Below, one piece after another: positions 47,102 to 55,974 of a stretch of 64,000 bases of DNA. Where the stretch lies: positions 70,259-134,258 of the forward strand of contig JBLMZS010000076.1 in assembly GCA_050258935.1 (NCBI GenBank), in the 5' to 3' direction. Position 1 is the stretch's first letter; each line of letters opens with the position of its first letter. This DNA is from Bacteroidota bacterium. GTDB lineage: Bacteria; Bacteroidota; Ignavibacteria; Ignavibacteriales; SURF-24. A model generated the notes under the pieces. The model was not told the origin of the DNA. It saw only the letters and a program-made list of their open reading frames with translations, and searched no databases. The position numbers were made by a program, and so were the translations under genes.

Positions 47102-49051
47102 TCATTTCGTTAATAAAGGCAATGAGAAAGTTACAATTGTTCCGGTACCGGGAGTGCTCGAGATATGCATCTGTCCCCCGCATTTTTCCACCAGCTCCCT
47201 GCACAGCGGAAGACCGAGGCCAGTCCCTTTTTCACCATCTGTACCCTTGCTGCTGTATCCGGTGTCTATCATGAATATTTTCGCGAGCACATCTGCTGTC
47301 ATTCCCATTCCGGAATCAGCTACTGAAATATTGACTGATTGTCCGTCAGTTTCAGAAGAGATTTCAATTTTACCGCAGTGAGGTGTAAATTTAATTGCGT
47401 TAGATAAAACATTCCTCAGAATTGCCGAGAAAGCATTTTTATCGGCGCAGATAAAAGTGTCTTTATCTGTATTGTTGTTTATGCATATTGATTTCAGAGA
47501 AGAAGCAGAACCAAAAAGCGACCTGATTTTTTCCGCCTCAGTATTCAGATTGAGTCCCTCCGATTCAAATTTCATTCTGCCAGTCTGCAGGCTGGACCAT
47601 TCGAGCAGGTTGGTCAGCAGCTCGTACGTGCTTTTGGCCGCAGAATGCATTACTCCCGCAAGTTCCGAAATCTCATCCCTGTCCATGCTGCTGATATTCT
47701 TATTTAGTTCTTCTGAAATTCCCATGAAACCGGAGAACGGGGATCGCAGGTCGTGTGCAATGATGGAGAAAAATTTGTCCTTCGTCGCATTCAGTTCCTT
47801 CAGTTTTTGTTCTGATTTTTTAAGGTCCTCTTCGGCCTTCTTTCTATGAGTGTTATCGTGCGCCACAAATATTACTGAATTTTCAGAAAGCCTCGACAGC
47901 CTGGCCTGGAACCAGTATGTACCTGTTTCCAGCTGTAGCGGATAGTCCAGTATTACCTTTTCTCCGGTATTCAGACATCTGGTAATACCATCCAGAAAGA
48001 AATCAGCCGTGGATTTGTCGAATATCTCGTAAATCGATTTTCCCAGCAGCTCTTTTTTGGGCCTGAACAGTATTGATTCGTTTGTCGGAGCTATCTTGAC
48101 GTATCGTCCTTCCCTGCTGAACTCGATAATAATGTCCTGCATTGACTCAAACATTGCTTTCAGTTCCTGTTCATGCGACCTGATCTTTATCATCGCTCTG
48201 CAGTATAGCCAGATGAGGATACTGATTATGAACGAACTTATATAAAGGAATATTGTGATCTTTTCGGTCTTGTCCAGGTAGCCGTTCCAGCCGTTTACCG
48301 GTATGCTCGCAAGTGTCCAGCTGCCGGTGGGCAAAAATACATCCACAGTTACGGGATTGTTCCCGAAGATACCCGGATCTCCCCAGAAGCATTTGCCTTG
48401 GTTGCCAGTGCCGTCAGTTCCCCGGAGTGCAAACTTGTAGTTGGCGTCACGTGTACTGAGACCTATTTCGTTGAACAGCTTATCCTTAAAAATCACTATA
48501 TCTGTGACGCCCCAGAAACCGGATGAATCGGGTTCGGATTTAACAAATATGGGTGTGTAGCTGATGAAGGCCACACCGCCTTCGACCAGTGTTACCGGTC
48601 CGGCAATAAAAGTATTGCGTGTTCTGATAGTACTTTCAACTATTTTTTTCCGCATCGGGTGGGCCAGGAGGTTAAGTCCAATCGCAGCCTCGTGCTTCTT
48701 GTGCGGATAGATTGCGTTAATGATACAGTTTCTCGAAAGCGACATGGAACTGATTACAGAATCCCTGCTTATGAGTTCATCTGCAAGCTTGTAAAATGTA
48801 TCGTTTGTTATTTCGGGATTGATGGACGTATATGCCGCAATGCCTTTCGTATAGTAAACACGGGAAGAAAGTGCCTTCTCGAGCTGTGATTTTTTAAGGA
48901 CAAGGAGCTCCAGAAGTTTGTCTCTTACATCCTTCTCCTTCTTATCATTGTTGTATGCGGTATATTTGTATATAATCAGAACAAATATGCCGAGAAAAGC
49001 AGCCGAAATAATGACCGGCAGGAATTTTAGAAATTTGCGCGACCTGAACAT
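47102..49051 (-). CDS. Sensor histidine kinase with extracytoplasmic CHASE-like domain, PAS, HisKA, HATPase_c
   Basis: 649 aa. TM1 is LPVIISAAFLGIFVLIIY and TM2 is ITIFLYISSFIISILIWLY. The ~235-aa loop between them contains AIYPHKKHEAAIGLNLLAHPMRKKIVESTIRTRNTFIAGPVTLVEGGVAFISYTPIF, a CHASE-like pattern. A PAS-like region follows, then the H-box FFSIIAHDLRSPF and the G-boxes DSGMGM and GTGLGL. Confidence 0.8.
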   Translation of the reverse strand: MFRSRKFLKFLPVIISAAFLGIFVLIIYKYTAYNNDKKEKDVRDKLLELLVLKKSQLEKALSSRVYYTKGIAAYTSINPEITNDTFYKLADELISRDSVISSMSLSRNCIINAIYPHKKHEAAIGLNLLAHPMRKKIVESTIRTRNTFIAGPVTLVEGGVAFISYTPIFVKSEPDSSGFWGVTDIVIFKDKLFNEIGLSTRDANYKFALRGTDGTGNQGKCFWGDPGIFGNNPVTVDVFLPTGSWTLASIPVNGWNGYLDKTEKITIFLYISSFIISILIWLYCRAMIKIRSHEQELKAMFESMQDIIIEFSREGRYVKIAPTNESILFRPKKELLGKSIYEIFDKSTADFFLDGITRCLNTGEKVILDYPLQLETGTYWFQARLSRLSENSVIFVAHDNTHRKKAEEDLKKSEQKLKELNATKDKFFSIIAHDLRSPFSGFMGISEELNKNISSMDRDEISELAGVMHSAAKSTYELLTNLLEWSSLQTGRMKFESEGLNLNTEAEKIRSLFGSASSLKSICINNNTDKDTFICADKNAFSAILRNVLSNAIKFTPHCGKIEISSETDGQSVNISVADSGMGMTADVLAKIFMIDTGYSSKGTDGEKGTGLGLPLCRELVEKCGGQMHISSTPGTGTIVTFSLPLLTK

Positions 49052-49149
49052 CTATATCCTCTGAAGTACAAACGGGAAAAAGTATTGCAGAAATTTTGGT
49101 GTAAATATACGCAAATTCCCTGACCGCGGAAAAATATTTTCTGTCGCAA

Positions 49150-49185
49150 TTAAAATTTCAGGAGCTGTTAAAATTTCAGGAGCTG
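49150..49185. repeat. Perfect tandem direct repeat, 2 x 18 bp (ttaaaatttcaggagctg)
   Basis: Read directly: 49150-49167 is identical to 49168-49185. It is intergenic, about 100-135 bp upstream of the CHASE-like kinase start (49051, minus strand) and downstream of the beta-lactamase-fold gene stop (49262). Confidence 0.9.
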
Positions 49186-49261
49186 CCGGAAATAATTACT
49201 GCCTGCATTGCGCTGAAGAAAAAATACCCAGTTTGCCGTGCACCGTACGAATGAAATCCCC

Positions 49262-50785
49262 CTACTTACTTCCCAGAAACCTTGCTATGCTGAATGCCAG
49301 CGGACGGACGGTGTCGAGATCATAATTCCCGAGTAGTATGACGTAATAATTGTTATTCCATATCATTTCAGCTTCGGCTCCGATTCCGGAGTGTCCGCCT
49401 CCTCCGCTATGTCCGCGCATATTTGTACCCCACATAGTCGCGTCATAAAACCCATATGCATATTTGACAGGCGAACCCTGCCCGACGCTGACTTTTCCAT
49501 GCGTCAGTATCTCCACCATTTCAGGTGAAACCAGTTTACCCTCTCTTAACGCCAGCATGAAACGGTAGACGTCTTCTGCCGTAAGATATGCATTGCTGAA
49601 GCCGGAATATTCGTACTCGGGAGTCTTTGCAGTTGAAGTAGATACAATTCTGCTGCCGGTGGCAAAAGGATCACGTTCCGGATCAAAAGAGTAATTTTCT
49701 GCGCGGGGAAGGCTGGAGTAGCCGTCCTTATCCGCTATTGCCATTCCGGCCGGTCTGAAAATATTTTCTCTCAGGTATTTTTCGAATGACATACCGCTCA
49801 GTTTCTCGACGATTGCTGCCAGTACCGAGTAATTTCCGTTGCTGTATGAATGATACGCGCCTGGCTTCATAGTGAGCTTTTCCGGGGCGATAAGATTCAG
49901 GTTGCTTTCTGCAGTCGAGTAATCGATTCCGGTTTTTCTTTTTCCCAGTTCAAAAGGATCTGCAATGCCGGCCGTATGCGTTAGCAGCTGCGCAATCGTG
50001 ACACTATGTGCCGCTTCCCGGTTTGGGTAATCCGGCAGAATTGTGCCGAGTGTATCTGAAAACCTGAGTTTCCCTTTTTCCGCCAGTTGTCCTATTGCTG
50101 CAGCAGTGAACATCTTTCCGACTGAGCCCGTATGAATACGGGTATTTACCGTATTCAGCTGATTTCTATCCCTGTCGGCATATCCATATGCTTTATTTAT
50201 TATTATGCGGTCATTGTGAGCTATCAGTGCAACGCCTGAAAACTGACCGGCAGTGACCTCCTTCTGAATCCGTTTCTCGATTTCTTCTGCAATTTCCTTT
50301 TCATCCATCTGCCTTTCGGGCCACTGATAGGGCCCTGCCGGAAGTGACATACTGTGGACTTCGATATACCGGAGTGTATTTGAAGTATCGTTTTTGACAA
50401 ACTCTGCACTGAGCATTTTCTTCAGTGCGGGAACCCTGAATATTACTCCGAGGTACTGAAGCGAACTGTTCTGACGGAAATCGACGGGAACAAGACCGCC
50501 TCCCTGCTGAAGACTGATCAGCAGCCTGCTATAATTTTCCTCATCCCATTTTTCTGAGCCGACATTACTCAACCCGGTGCTAAGATACTTATGTGCAAAC
50601 TGACTTGCATCTGCAGGTTTATCTGAGTTTACCGCTTCGATAAATTCCTTCACTATATATCCGGTTTCTGTTGAGGGAATGTTAACTGCTTCATTAACGG
50701 GCACCTGCGTTTGTGCACTGCCTGCTGTAGTGCAGAAGAATAATAATATAAAAGTCATAATAAGTATCGTGGCGATTATCTTCAT
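49262..50785 (-). CDS. Serine hydrolase, beta-lactamase/transpeptidase-like fold (class C / PBP4*-like)
   Basis: 507 aa with a signal peptide. The SxxK nucleophile motif sits in HTGSVGKMFTAAAI and the YxN motif in HSYSNGNY. The N-terminal ~170 aa forms an extra domain. Confidence 0.8.
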   Translation of the reverse strand: MKIIATILIMTFILLFFCTTAGSAQTQVPVNEAVNIPSTETGYIVKEFIEAVNSDKPADASQFAHKYLSTGLSNVGSEKWDEENYSRLLISLQQGGGLVPVDFRQNSSLQYLGVIFRVPALKKMLSAEFVKNDTSNTLRYIEVHSMSLPAGPYQWPERQMDEKEIAEEIEKRIQKEVTAGQFSGVALIAHNDRIIINKAYGYADRDRNQLNTVNTRIHTGSVGKMFTAAAIGQLAEKGKLRFSDTLGTILPDYPNREAAHSVTIAQLLTHTAGIADPFELGKRKTGIDYSTAESNLNLIAPEKLTMKPGAYHSYSNGNYSVLAAIVEKLSGMSFEKYLRENIFRPAGMAIADKDGYSSLPRAENYSFDPERDPFATGSRIVSTSTAKTPEYEYSGFSNAYLTAEDVYRFMLALREGKLVSPEMVEILTHGKVSVGQGSPVKYAYGFYDATMWGTNMRGHSGGGGHSGIGAEAEMIWNNNYYVILLGNYDLDTVRPLAFSIARFLGSK

Positions 50786-51001
50786 GTCCGGTTCCTTTAA
50801 TATATATATTTTCGACAGCCTTTTAATATTATGACTCGGTGTTATACAGAAAGGTTACAGCGGCAGTAGTATCTCCGGAAATTATCAATTTGATAAAATA
50901 TTATATTTTTAATAATTGCGGGGTATAAAATTATCAGGAATACACGTAAATCCCGGCAAATATCCGCTTCCATATCTGGCATAATTTTAGCATCATTAAC
51001 T

Positions 51002-52210
51002 ATGAATCCGTCATATAAAACAAATATGTGTGAGGGTAAAATGTTTTTGAGTTATTCGGAACTTAGAATAAAATTAGTCATCATCATGGGAGTAATCAGT
51101 ATTATGCAAACCCCGGAATTTGCACAGCAAACCGTTACCCGGTCTGAACGCGAAATCAAAACTGAAATTTCTGGCCGCAATTCATCGGGTGATGAAATTA
51201 AAATATTTACACTGACAAACCGCAGCGGTATGACCGTAAAGATAACCAACTACGGCGGAATTGTGACAGATATTTCTGTGCCCGACAGGAATGGGAATCC
51301 CGCCAATGTGGTCCTTGGATTCAGCAATCCGTTTGATTATATGCTGCAGAGTTATAAGGATGCCTGCCCCCACTTCGGTGCCATTATTGGCCGCTACGGT
51401 AACCGCATAGCGAACGGAGAATTTACTCTCGACGGAAAAAAATACAGCCTTGCCAGAAACAATGGTGCACATCACCTGCACGGCGGCGTGGCCGGTTTTG
51501 ACAAGGTGGTATGGAATGCTTCGTCAGCATTGGGTGACAGCAGCAGCACTCTTACTCTCAGGTATCTGAGTCCGGATGGGGAAGAAGGATATCCGGGTAA
51601 CCTTAATGTAACAGTTGATTACACGCTGACAGATGAAAATGAAATGATAATTGATTATCTGGCAACTACCGATAAAGCGACTCCTCTCAACCTGACGCAT
51701 CATTCGTATTTTAACCTTGCCGGTGAAGGAAACGGAGATGTGCTGGATCACGAAATAATGATAGCGGCAGATCAGTACATACCGGTGGACGAAACGCTGA
51801 TTCCTACCGGAAAGTATGCAGAAGTTGCCGGTACCCCGTTTGATCTGAGAAAATCTGTAAGGATCGGAGACGGAATTCAAAAAGTTGAAGGGGGATATGA
51901 CAACAGCTTTGTGCTCAGAAAACCACGGAGTACAGATCCGGAAACTGCAGCTTTTGCACGCGATATAAATAGCGGCAGGACACTCGAAGTATATACTACA
52001 GAGCCAGGTATACAATTTTATACGGGGAACTTTCTGGACGGTACACTGACAGGTCCGTCCGGGAAGAAATACGTGAAGCATGCGGGATTCTGCCTCGAAA
52101 CACAGCACTTCCCCGATTCTCCGAACCAGCCGGCATTTCCTTCCACTGTGCTCAGACCGGGAGAAAAGTTTACTTCAAAAACTATCTACAAATTCGGGGT
52201 GCAGAAATAA
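51002..52210 (+). CDS. galM: Aldose 1-epimerase (galactose mutarotase), probably secreted
   Basis: The motif is GAIIGRYGNRIANGEFTLDGKKYSLARNNGAHHLHGG..GFDKVVW, followed by LTHHSYFNL and ETQHFPDSPN. The true start may be an internal Met (for example 51041), because the N-terminus looks like a signal peptide (LVIIMGVISIMQTPEFAQQ). Confidence 0.85.
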   Translation: MNPSYKTNMCEGKMFLSYSELRIKLVIIMGVISIMQTPEFAQQTVTRSEREIKTEISGRNSSGDEIKIFTLTNRSGMTVKITNYGGIVTDISVPDRNGNPANVVLGFSNPFDYMLQSYKDACPHFGAIIGRYGNRIANGEFTLDGKKYSLARNNGAHHLHGGVAGFDKVVWNASSALGDSSSTLTLRYLSPDGEEGYPGNLNVTVDYTLTDENEMIIDYLATTDKATPLNLTHHSYFNLAGEGNGDVLDHEIMIAADQYIPVDETLIPTGKYAEVAGTPFDLRKSVRIGDGIQKVEGGYDNSFVLRKPRSTDPETAAFARDINSGRTLEVYTTEPGIQFYTGNFLDGTLTGPSGKKYVKHAGFCLETQHFPDSPNQPAFPSTVLRPGEKFTSKTIYKFGVQK

Positions 52211-52308
52211 CACTGGTATCACTGTACCGGAGGTATGCTTATAAGGATCTGCCGGCACAGTGATATCTGTACATCTGATAATTATTGCAAAATACTCAGA
52301 GCCGGGTG

Positions 52309-53100
52309 CTACAGCTTCAGTATTACTTTCCCATCCCTGATCTCGACATTGTACGTCTTAATGGGTTTATCTGCGGGTCCGGCCTTTACTTCTCCTGTTT
52401 TGCAGCTGAACTGTGAACCGTGCCACAGACACTGCACAGTCCCATCTATCATCACTCCTCCTGCAAGTGAGCCGCCGCGGTGTGTGCAATGATCGTCAAA
52501 TGCAGTATAGCCGTCTTCGGTTTTTCCAATAGCTATTCTTTTGCCGTCAACTTTTATCAGCTTCATCTGGCTGGTCTTCAGTTCATTTACATCCGCGGCA
52601 ATTATCTCTTTGCTTGCGGTCATCTCTGCTGAGATTTCTTTCCACTTTCCCGAATATGCATAACGGTGGTCCGGACCTATAAAATTCCTGTTTACAAGTG
52701 TGCCGCCCATCCAGGCTCCGCTTATCAGCATAACCGTTCCGGCTGCTTCGAGTATCAGTGAAAGTGTTCCGGGCATTGACTGCGGAGTGCCTTTAAGATA
52801 GAGTGATACGGCAAATACGGCTACAGTAGTGACCATAATTCCCATGTGCTTGTGCGCCCGTTTTTTAGCGGTACTGTCGGGGGGTACGCTTGAAGTCAGA
52901 TCTATCAGTCCCGGGACTGCTGCTGCAAGTCCCAGCAGTATTCCGGCAGCTGCAATATAAAAACCGGTCTGCCAGAAGTTTCCGTTGTTCAGAATTCTTC
53001 CTGCAAGATCGAATACGAAAGATCCGGTCAGAAACGCTGCCGGGAACGGGATCAGCATCTGGTGTATTGAGTGTCCTTTTATGCTGGCTTTTGTTCTCAT
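52309..53100 (-). CDS. DUF2231 membrane domain fused to a Rieske [2Fe-2S] domain
   Basis: 263 aa. The N-terminal ~150 aa has 4 TM segments and begins IKGHSIHQMLIPFPAAFL (DUF2231-like). The C-terminus carries Rieske ligands CTHRGGSL ... CLWHGSQF (CxH...CxxH). Confidence 0.8.
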   Translation of the reverse strand: MRTKASIKGHSIHQMLIPFPAAFLTGSFVFDLAGRILNNGNFWQTGFYIAAAGILLGLAAAVPGLIDLTSSVPPDSTAKKRAHKHMGIMVTTVAVFAVSLYLKGTPQSMPGTLSLILEAAGTVMLISGAWMGGTLVNRNFIGPDHRYAYSGKWKEISAEMTASKEIIAADVNELKTSQMKLIKVDGKRIAIGKTEDGYTAFDDHCTHRGGSLAGGVMIDGTVQCLWHGSQFSCKTGEVKAGPADKPIKTYNVEIRDGKVILKL

Positions 53101-53247
53101 TTCTTTCCTGCTGTTTATATACTATTCAATATAAACGGAAAAAGATAAAGTAAAAGTACCGGCTGATAATTTCACTTTATCTTTGTCAGGAAAGAACTGA
53201 AAAGAAAACTGAGGCGGGGAAACAGAATTCCGGGCAATTACGTCAGA

Positions 53248-54093
53248 TCATTCCCAGCCCGTCTTATCACCCGCTACAGACTTGCTGGCTTTTGAAGTAA
53301 TATCGAAATTAAAAATATTACCCGGATGTTTAAGTCTGACAACTTTCATTTCCGCTATTCTGGAGATTGCGGCCGACTGGTCGCCGTAACCGTTCGTACC
53401 GGTCTGGCTCGACCAGTAAAGAAGCATTTTTTCACCCTGTTCATTGTAGTGCCAGCCGAGTATGATGACAGAATGGCCGTTACCGGAAGTCCAGCTCAGG
53501 TTTGCAAAGTCACCAGGCCGGGCATCTTCAGGTTTTACCGGTTCTCCGATATCTGAATACTGCATGAGCGCGTAGTAGCTGCCAAAGCCGTCAGCATTCC
53601 AAATGCCCCAGAACTTATTCCAGTCCTCCCTTCTGCTTCCGTCAGGTTCCTGCATCCTGAGCGCCTCAAATCTTTCCGGGCTCAGTGATTTCAGTGAATC
53701 GCCAAATATAAGATTAAGTGTTTCCATGAAAGCGGCATAGGTCGATCCGCTGCAGTAGCTGCTCTTCCGCGGAGGATTGACGAGTGATTTTCCGGCGAGT
53801 TTCAGTTCGTAGTTTACCGGCGACTCCGGAGGATTGGCTTTCAGGCCGATGAAATAGGTGCCTCCGTCGAGCGCATGCTTCTGAACAGAGTCAATTGCTC
53901 TCAGTACCTCAAGGTTGTAGCCCGATGTATATTTTGAAAAAGTTTTATAGTGATCGAGGTGATGATCGCCGTGTGAAATATCCTCGCTGGCGAGTATCAA
54001 TCGTCCGTTCTGGCAGAAAATAGTGCTGCTGAATACAGAGAGAGTAAGAAGTGCCAGAACTATTCCGGCGGCGGATTTTTTTATTAAGCTCAT
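53248..54093 (-). CDS. Secreted hypothetical protein, possible papain-fold (NlpC/P60-like) hydrolase
   Basis: Start is trimmed to MSLIKKSAAGIVLALLTLSVFSSTIFCQ (signal peptide). The candidate Cys is in KSSYCSGSTYAAF and the candidate His in RPGDFANLSWTSGNGHSVIILGW. The order C...PGD...H is as in NlpC/P60. This is weak and from motifs only. Confidence 0.35.
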   Translation of the reverse strand: MSLIKKSAAGIVLALLTLSVFSSTIFCQNGRLILASEDISHGDHHLDHYKTFSKYTSGYNLEVLRAIDSVQKHALDGGTYFIGLKANPPESPVNYELKLAGKSLVNPPRKSSYCSGSTYAAFMETLNLIFGDSLKSLSPERFEALRMQEPDGSRREDWNKFWGIWNADGFGSYYALMQYSDIGEPVKPEDARPGDFANLSWTSGNGHSVIILGWHYNEQGEKMLLYWSSQTGTNGYGDQSAAISRIAEMKVVRLKHPGNIFNFDITSKASKSVAGDKTGWE

Positions 54094-54210
54094 TGTTTTA
54101 CCATTTAAATAGAGTTGATAATATTTATGAAATTCATTCAATGCCAAAATATAAACAAGGCAAAATATAAATAAAAATTGCGCAATCACAAGGGGAATAA
54201 TAAACAAAAA

Positions 54211-54229
54211 ACCCTGCAAAATGCAGGGT
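54211..54229 (-). terminator. Rho-independent terminator of the GH30 gene
   Basis: accctgca-aaa-tgcagggt forms an 8-bp stem. On the minus strand it is followed directly by TTTTTTGTTTATT. It lies 25 nt past the stop at 54254. Confidence 0.8.
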
Positions 54230-54253
54230 CATAAAAAGAAAATTTTGTATGGT

Positions 54254-55690
54254 TTAGTACACAAGCGTCTGAATCGCATGCGGCAGTATTTCAGCCTCTG
54301 AAATCACGTCGCCTGAATACAGCTTGTATTTTATTGCCTCGCTGCTCTGATTCATCACAACTGTTACCATACTGCCGTCAGTATTTATGAAAGAAGTGCT
54401 GAGCAGCGGACTTCTGCTCGAGACGGTACTTATTCTTCTGGCGCCGGGGCGTATGAATTTTGAGAAATGACCTATGTAATAATATGCAGGAGTAAATATC
54501 AGGCTGCCTGTTCTGGTATCGGCATGTACCGGTGCAAAACAAAGGTTGTCTTTGTGATTCGGTCCGCCGGTTTGATCCAGCAGTATATTCCAGTCTGTCC
54601 ATGCAACCGTGCCATTGTTGAAGTCGTTTATCATCGATCTTCCATAGCGTTCTGCATTTGGCCAGCTGTTGTATTTTGAAGTGTCAAATTTTTCAGTACA
54701 TCCCTCGGTGAAAATTAGTTTCTTGTCGGGGTAATTTTCATAAACCGAAGCTACATTCTGAAACATTGGTTCTCCTCCTGCCCATGTTTCATACCAGTGG
54801 AATCCGATACCCCATGCATACTTTGATGCCTCCTCGTCGGCAAATATTACATTGGCCCGGTGATTTATGAGGTCTCTGTTATGATCCCATACTATTATTT
54901 TCCTGTCTCCCATACCGGATTTGGCCAGAGTGGGGCCCAGGAATTTCTTGAGAAAATCTCTTTCTTCTTCGGCAGTATAGATGCACGATTCCCACCTCTG
55001 AGTCGCCATGGGTTCATTCTGTACAGTCAGTCCCCACACCGGAATACCTTCTGATTCATAGGCGCTGATGAACTTGACGAAGTAGTTCGCCCATGACTGA
55101 TAATATTCCGGCAGCAGTTTCCCGCCTTTAAGCATGCTTTTGTTATCCTTCATGAATGCCGGCGGACTCCAGGGACTAACAAACAGCGGGAGTGTTCCGC
55201 CTGCGGTTCTGACAGCCTGTTTTATAAGAGGTATTCTGAACTGCCTGTCATGATCTATACTGAATGTCTTCAGTTCCTTGTCTCCGTCTGATACGTATGT
55301 ATAGCTTTCGCTGCTGAAGTCGCAGCTGTGAATAGTTGTTCTGATGATAGAATAACCTATGCCCTTCTTCTTGTCAAAATATGATTCAAGAAAAGTCTGC
55401 TGTTTTTCCTTAGGCAGTTTTGCAAAGACTTCGGCAGATGCATCTGTAACGGCCCCGCCGATTCCGGAGAATTCCTGGTAAGTTTTTGCCGGATTTACAA
55501 ATACCGATATTTCCGACTCCAGCGGTTGTACAGACGGCAGGGTATTGAGTTCTGCGGTTTTGGTCAGACGCAGATCTGTATTTTCAGCAGTTGTATAGAC
55601 GGTTACTTTTTTATTCCCGGCAGTGTTCTTCTGAGATGCAAAAGCGGCAGTTGAAACAATCAGGGCAGAGAGTACGATTTGTTTGAGCAT
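54254..55690 (-). CDS. Glycoside hydrolase family 30 (glucosylceramidase / beta-1,6-glucanase-like)
   Basis: 478 aa with a signal peptide. The motifs are FSGIGGAVTDASAEVF, FVSPWSPPAFMK and GLTVQNEP (acid/base Glu region). A C-terminal beta-sandwich is typical of GH30. Confidence 0.85.
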   Translation of the reverse strand: MLKQIVLSALIVSTAAFASQKNTAGNKKVTVYTTAENTDLRLTKTAELNTLPSVQPLESEISVFVNPAKTYQEFSGIGGAVTDASAEVFAKLPKEKQQTFLESYFDKKKGIGYSIIRTTIHSCDFSSESYTYVSDGDKELKTFSIDHDRQFRIPLIKQAVRTAGGTLPLFVSPWSPPAFMKDNKSMLKGGKLLPEYYQSWANYFVKFISAYESEGIPVWGLTVQNEPMATQRWESCIYTAEEERDFLKKFLGPTLAKSGMGDRKIIVWDHNRDLINHRANVIFADEEASKYAWGIGFHWYETWAGGEPMFQNVASVYENYPDKKLIFTEGCTEKFDTSKYNSWPNAERYGRSMINDFNNGTVAWTDWNILLDQTGGPNHKDNLCFAPVHADTRTGSLIFTPAYYYIGHFSKFIRPGARRISTVSSRSPLLSTSFINTDGSMVTVVMNQSSEAIKYKLYSGDVISEAEILPHAIQTLVY

Positions 55691-55974
55691 ATTGATCCTC
55701 GATGATTAAAAATAAAGCTAAGTATATGCATTACGGAACCGTTAGTGAACAACTAATATGCCACAACAGAAAGTGCAGATATATGGAAGTTATGGCATTT
55801 TTATATGCGTCAATTGGAAAAATACTTATTGATTCGATAAAACTAATTCTTATTTTAATAAAAATTGAATTATTCCGGCCTGAAATTCATTTATGTTTGG
55901 CATTATTAGACAAAATGTATTATTTTCCCCGGTACATTGGCCACTGTTTTTTCAACTATTACGGGAACGCGGTT

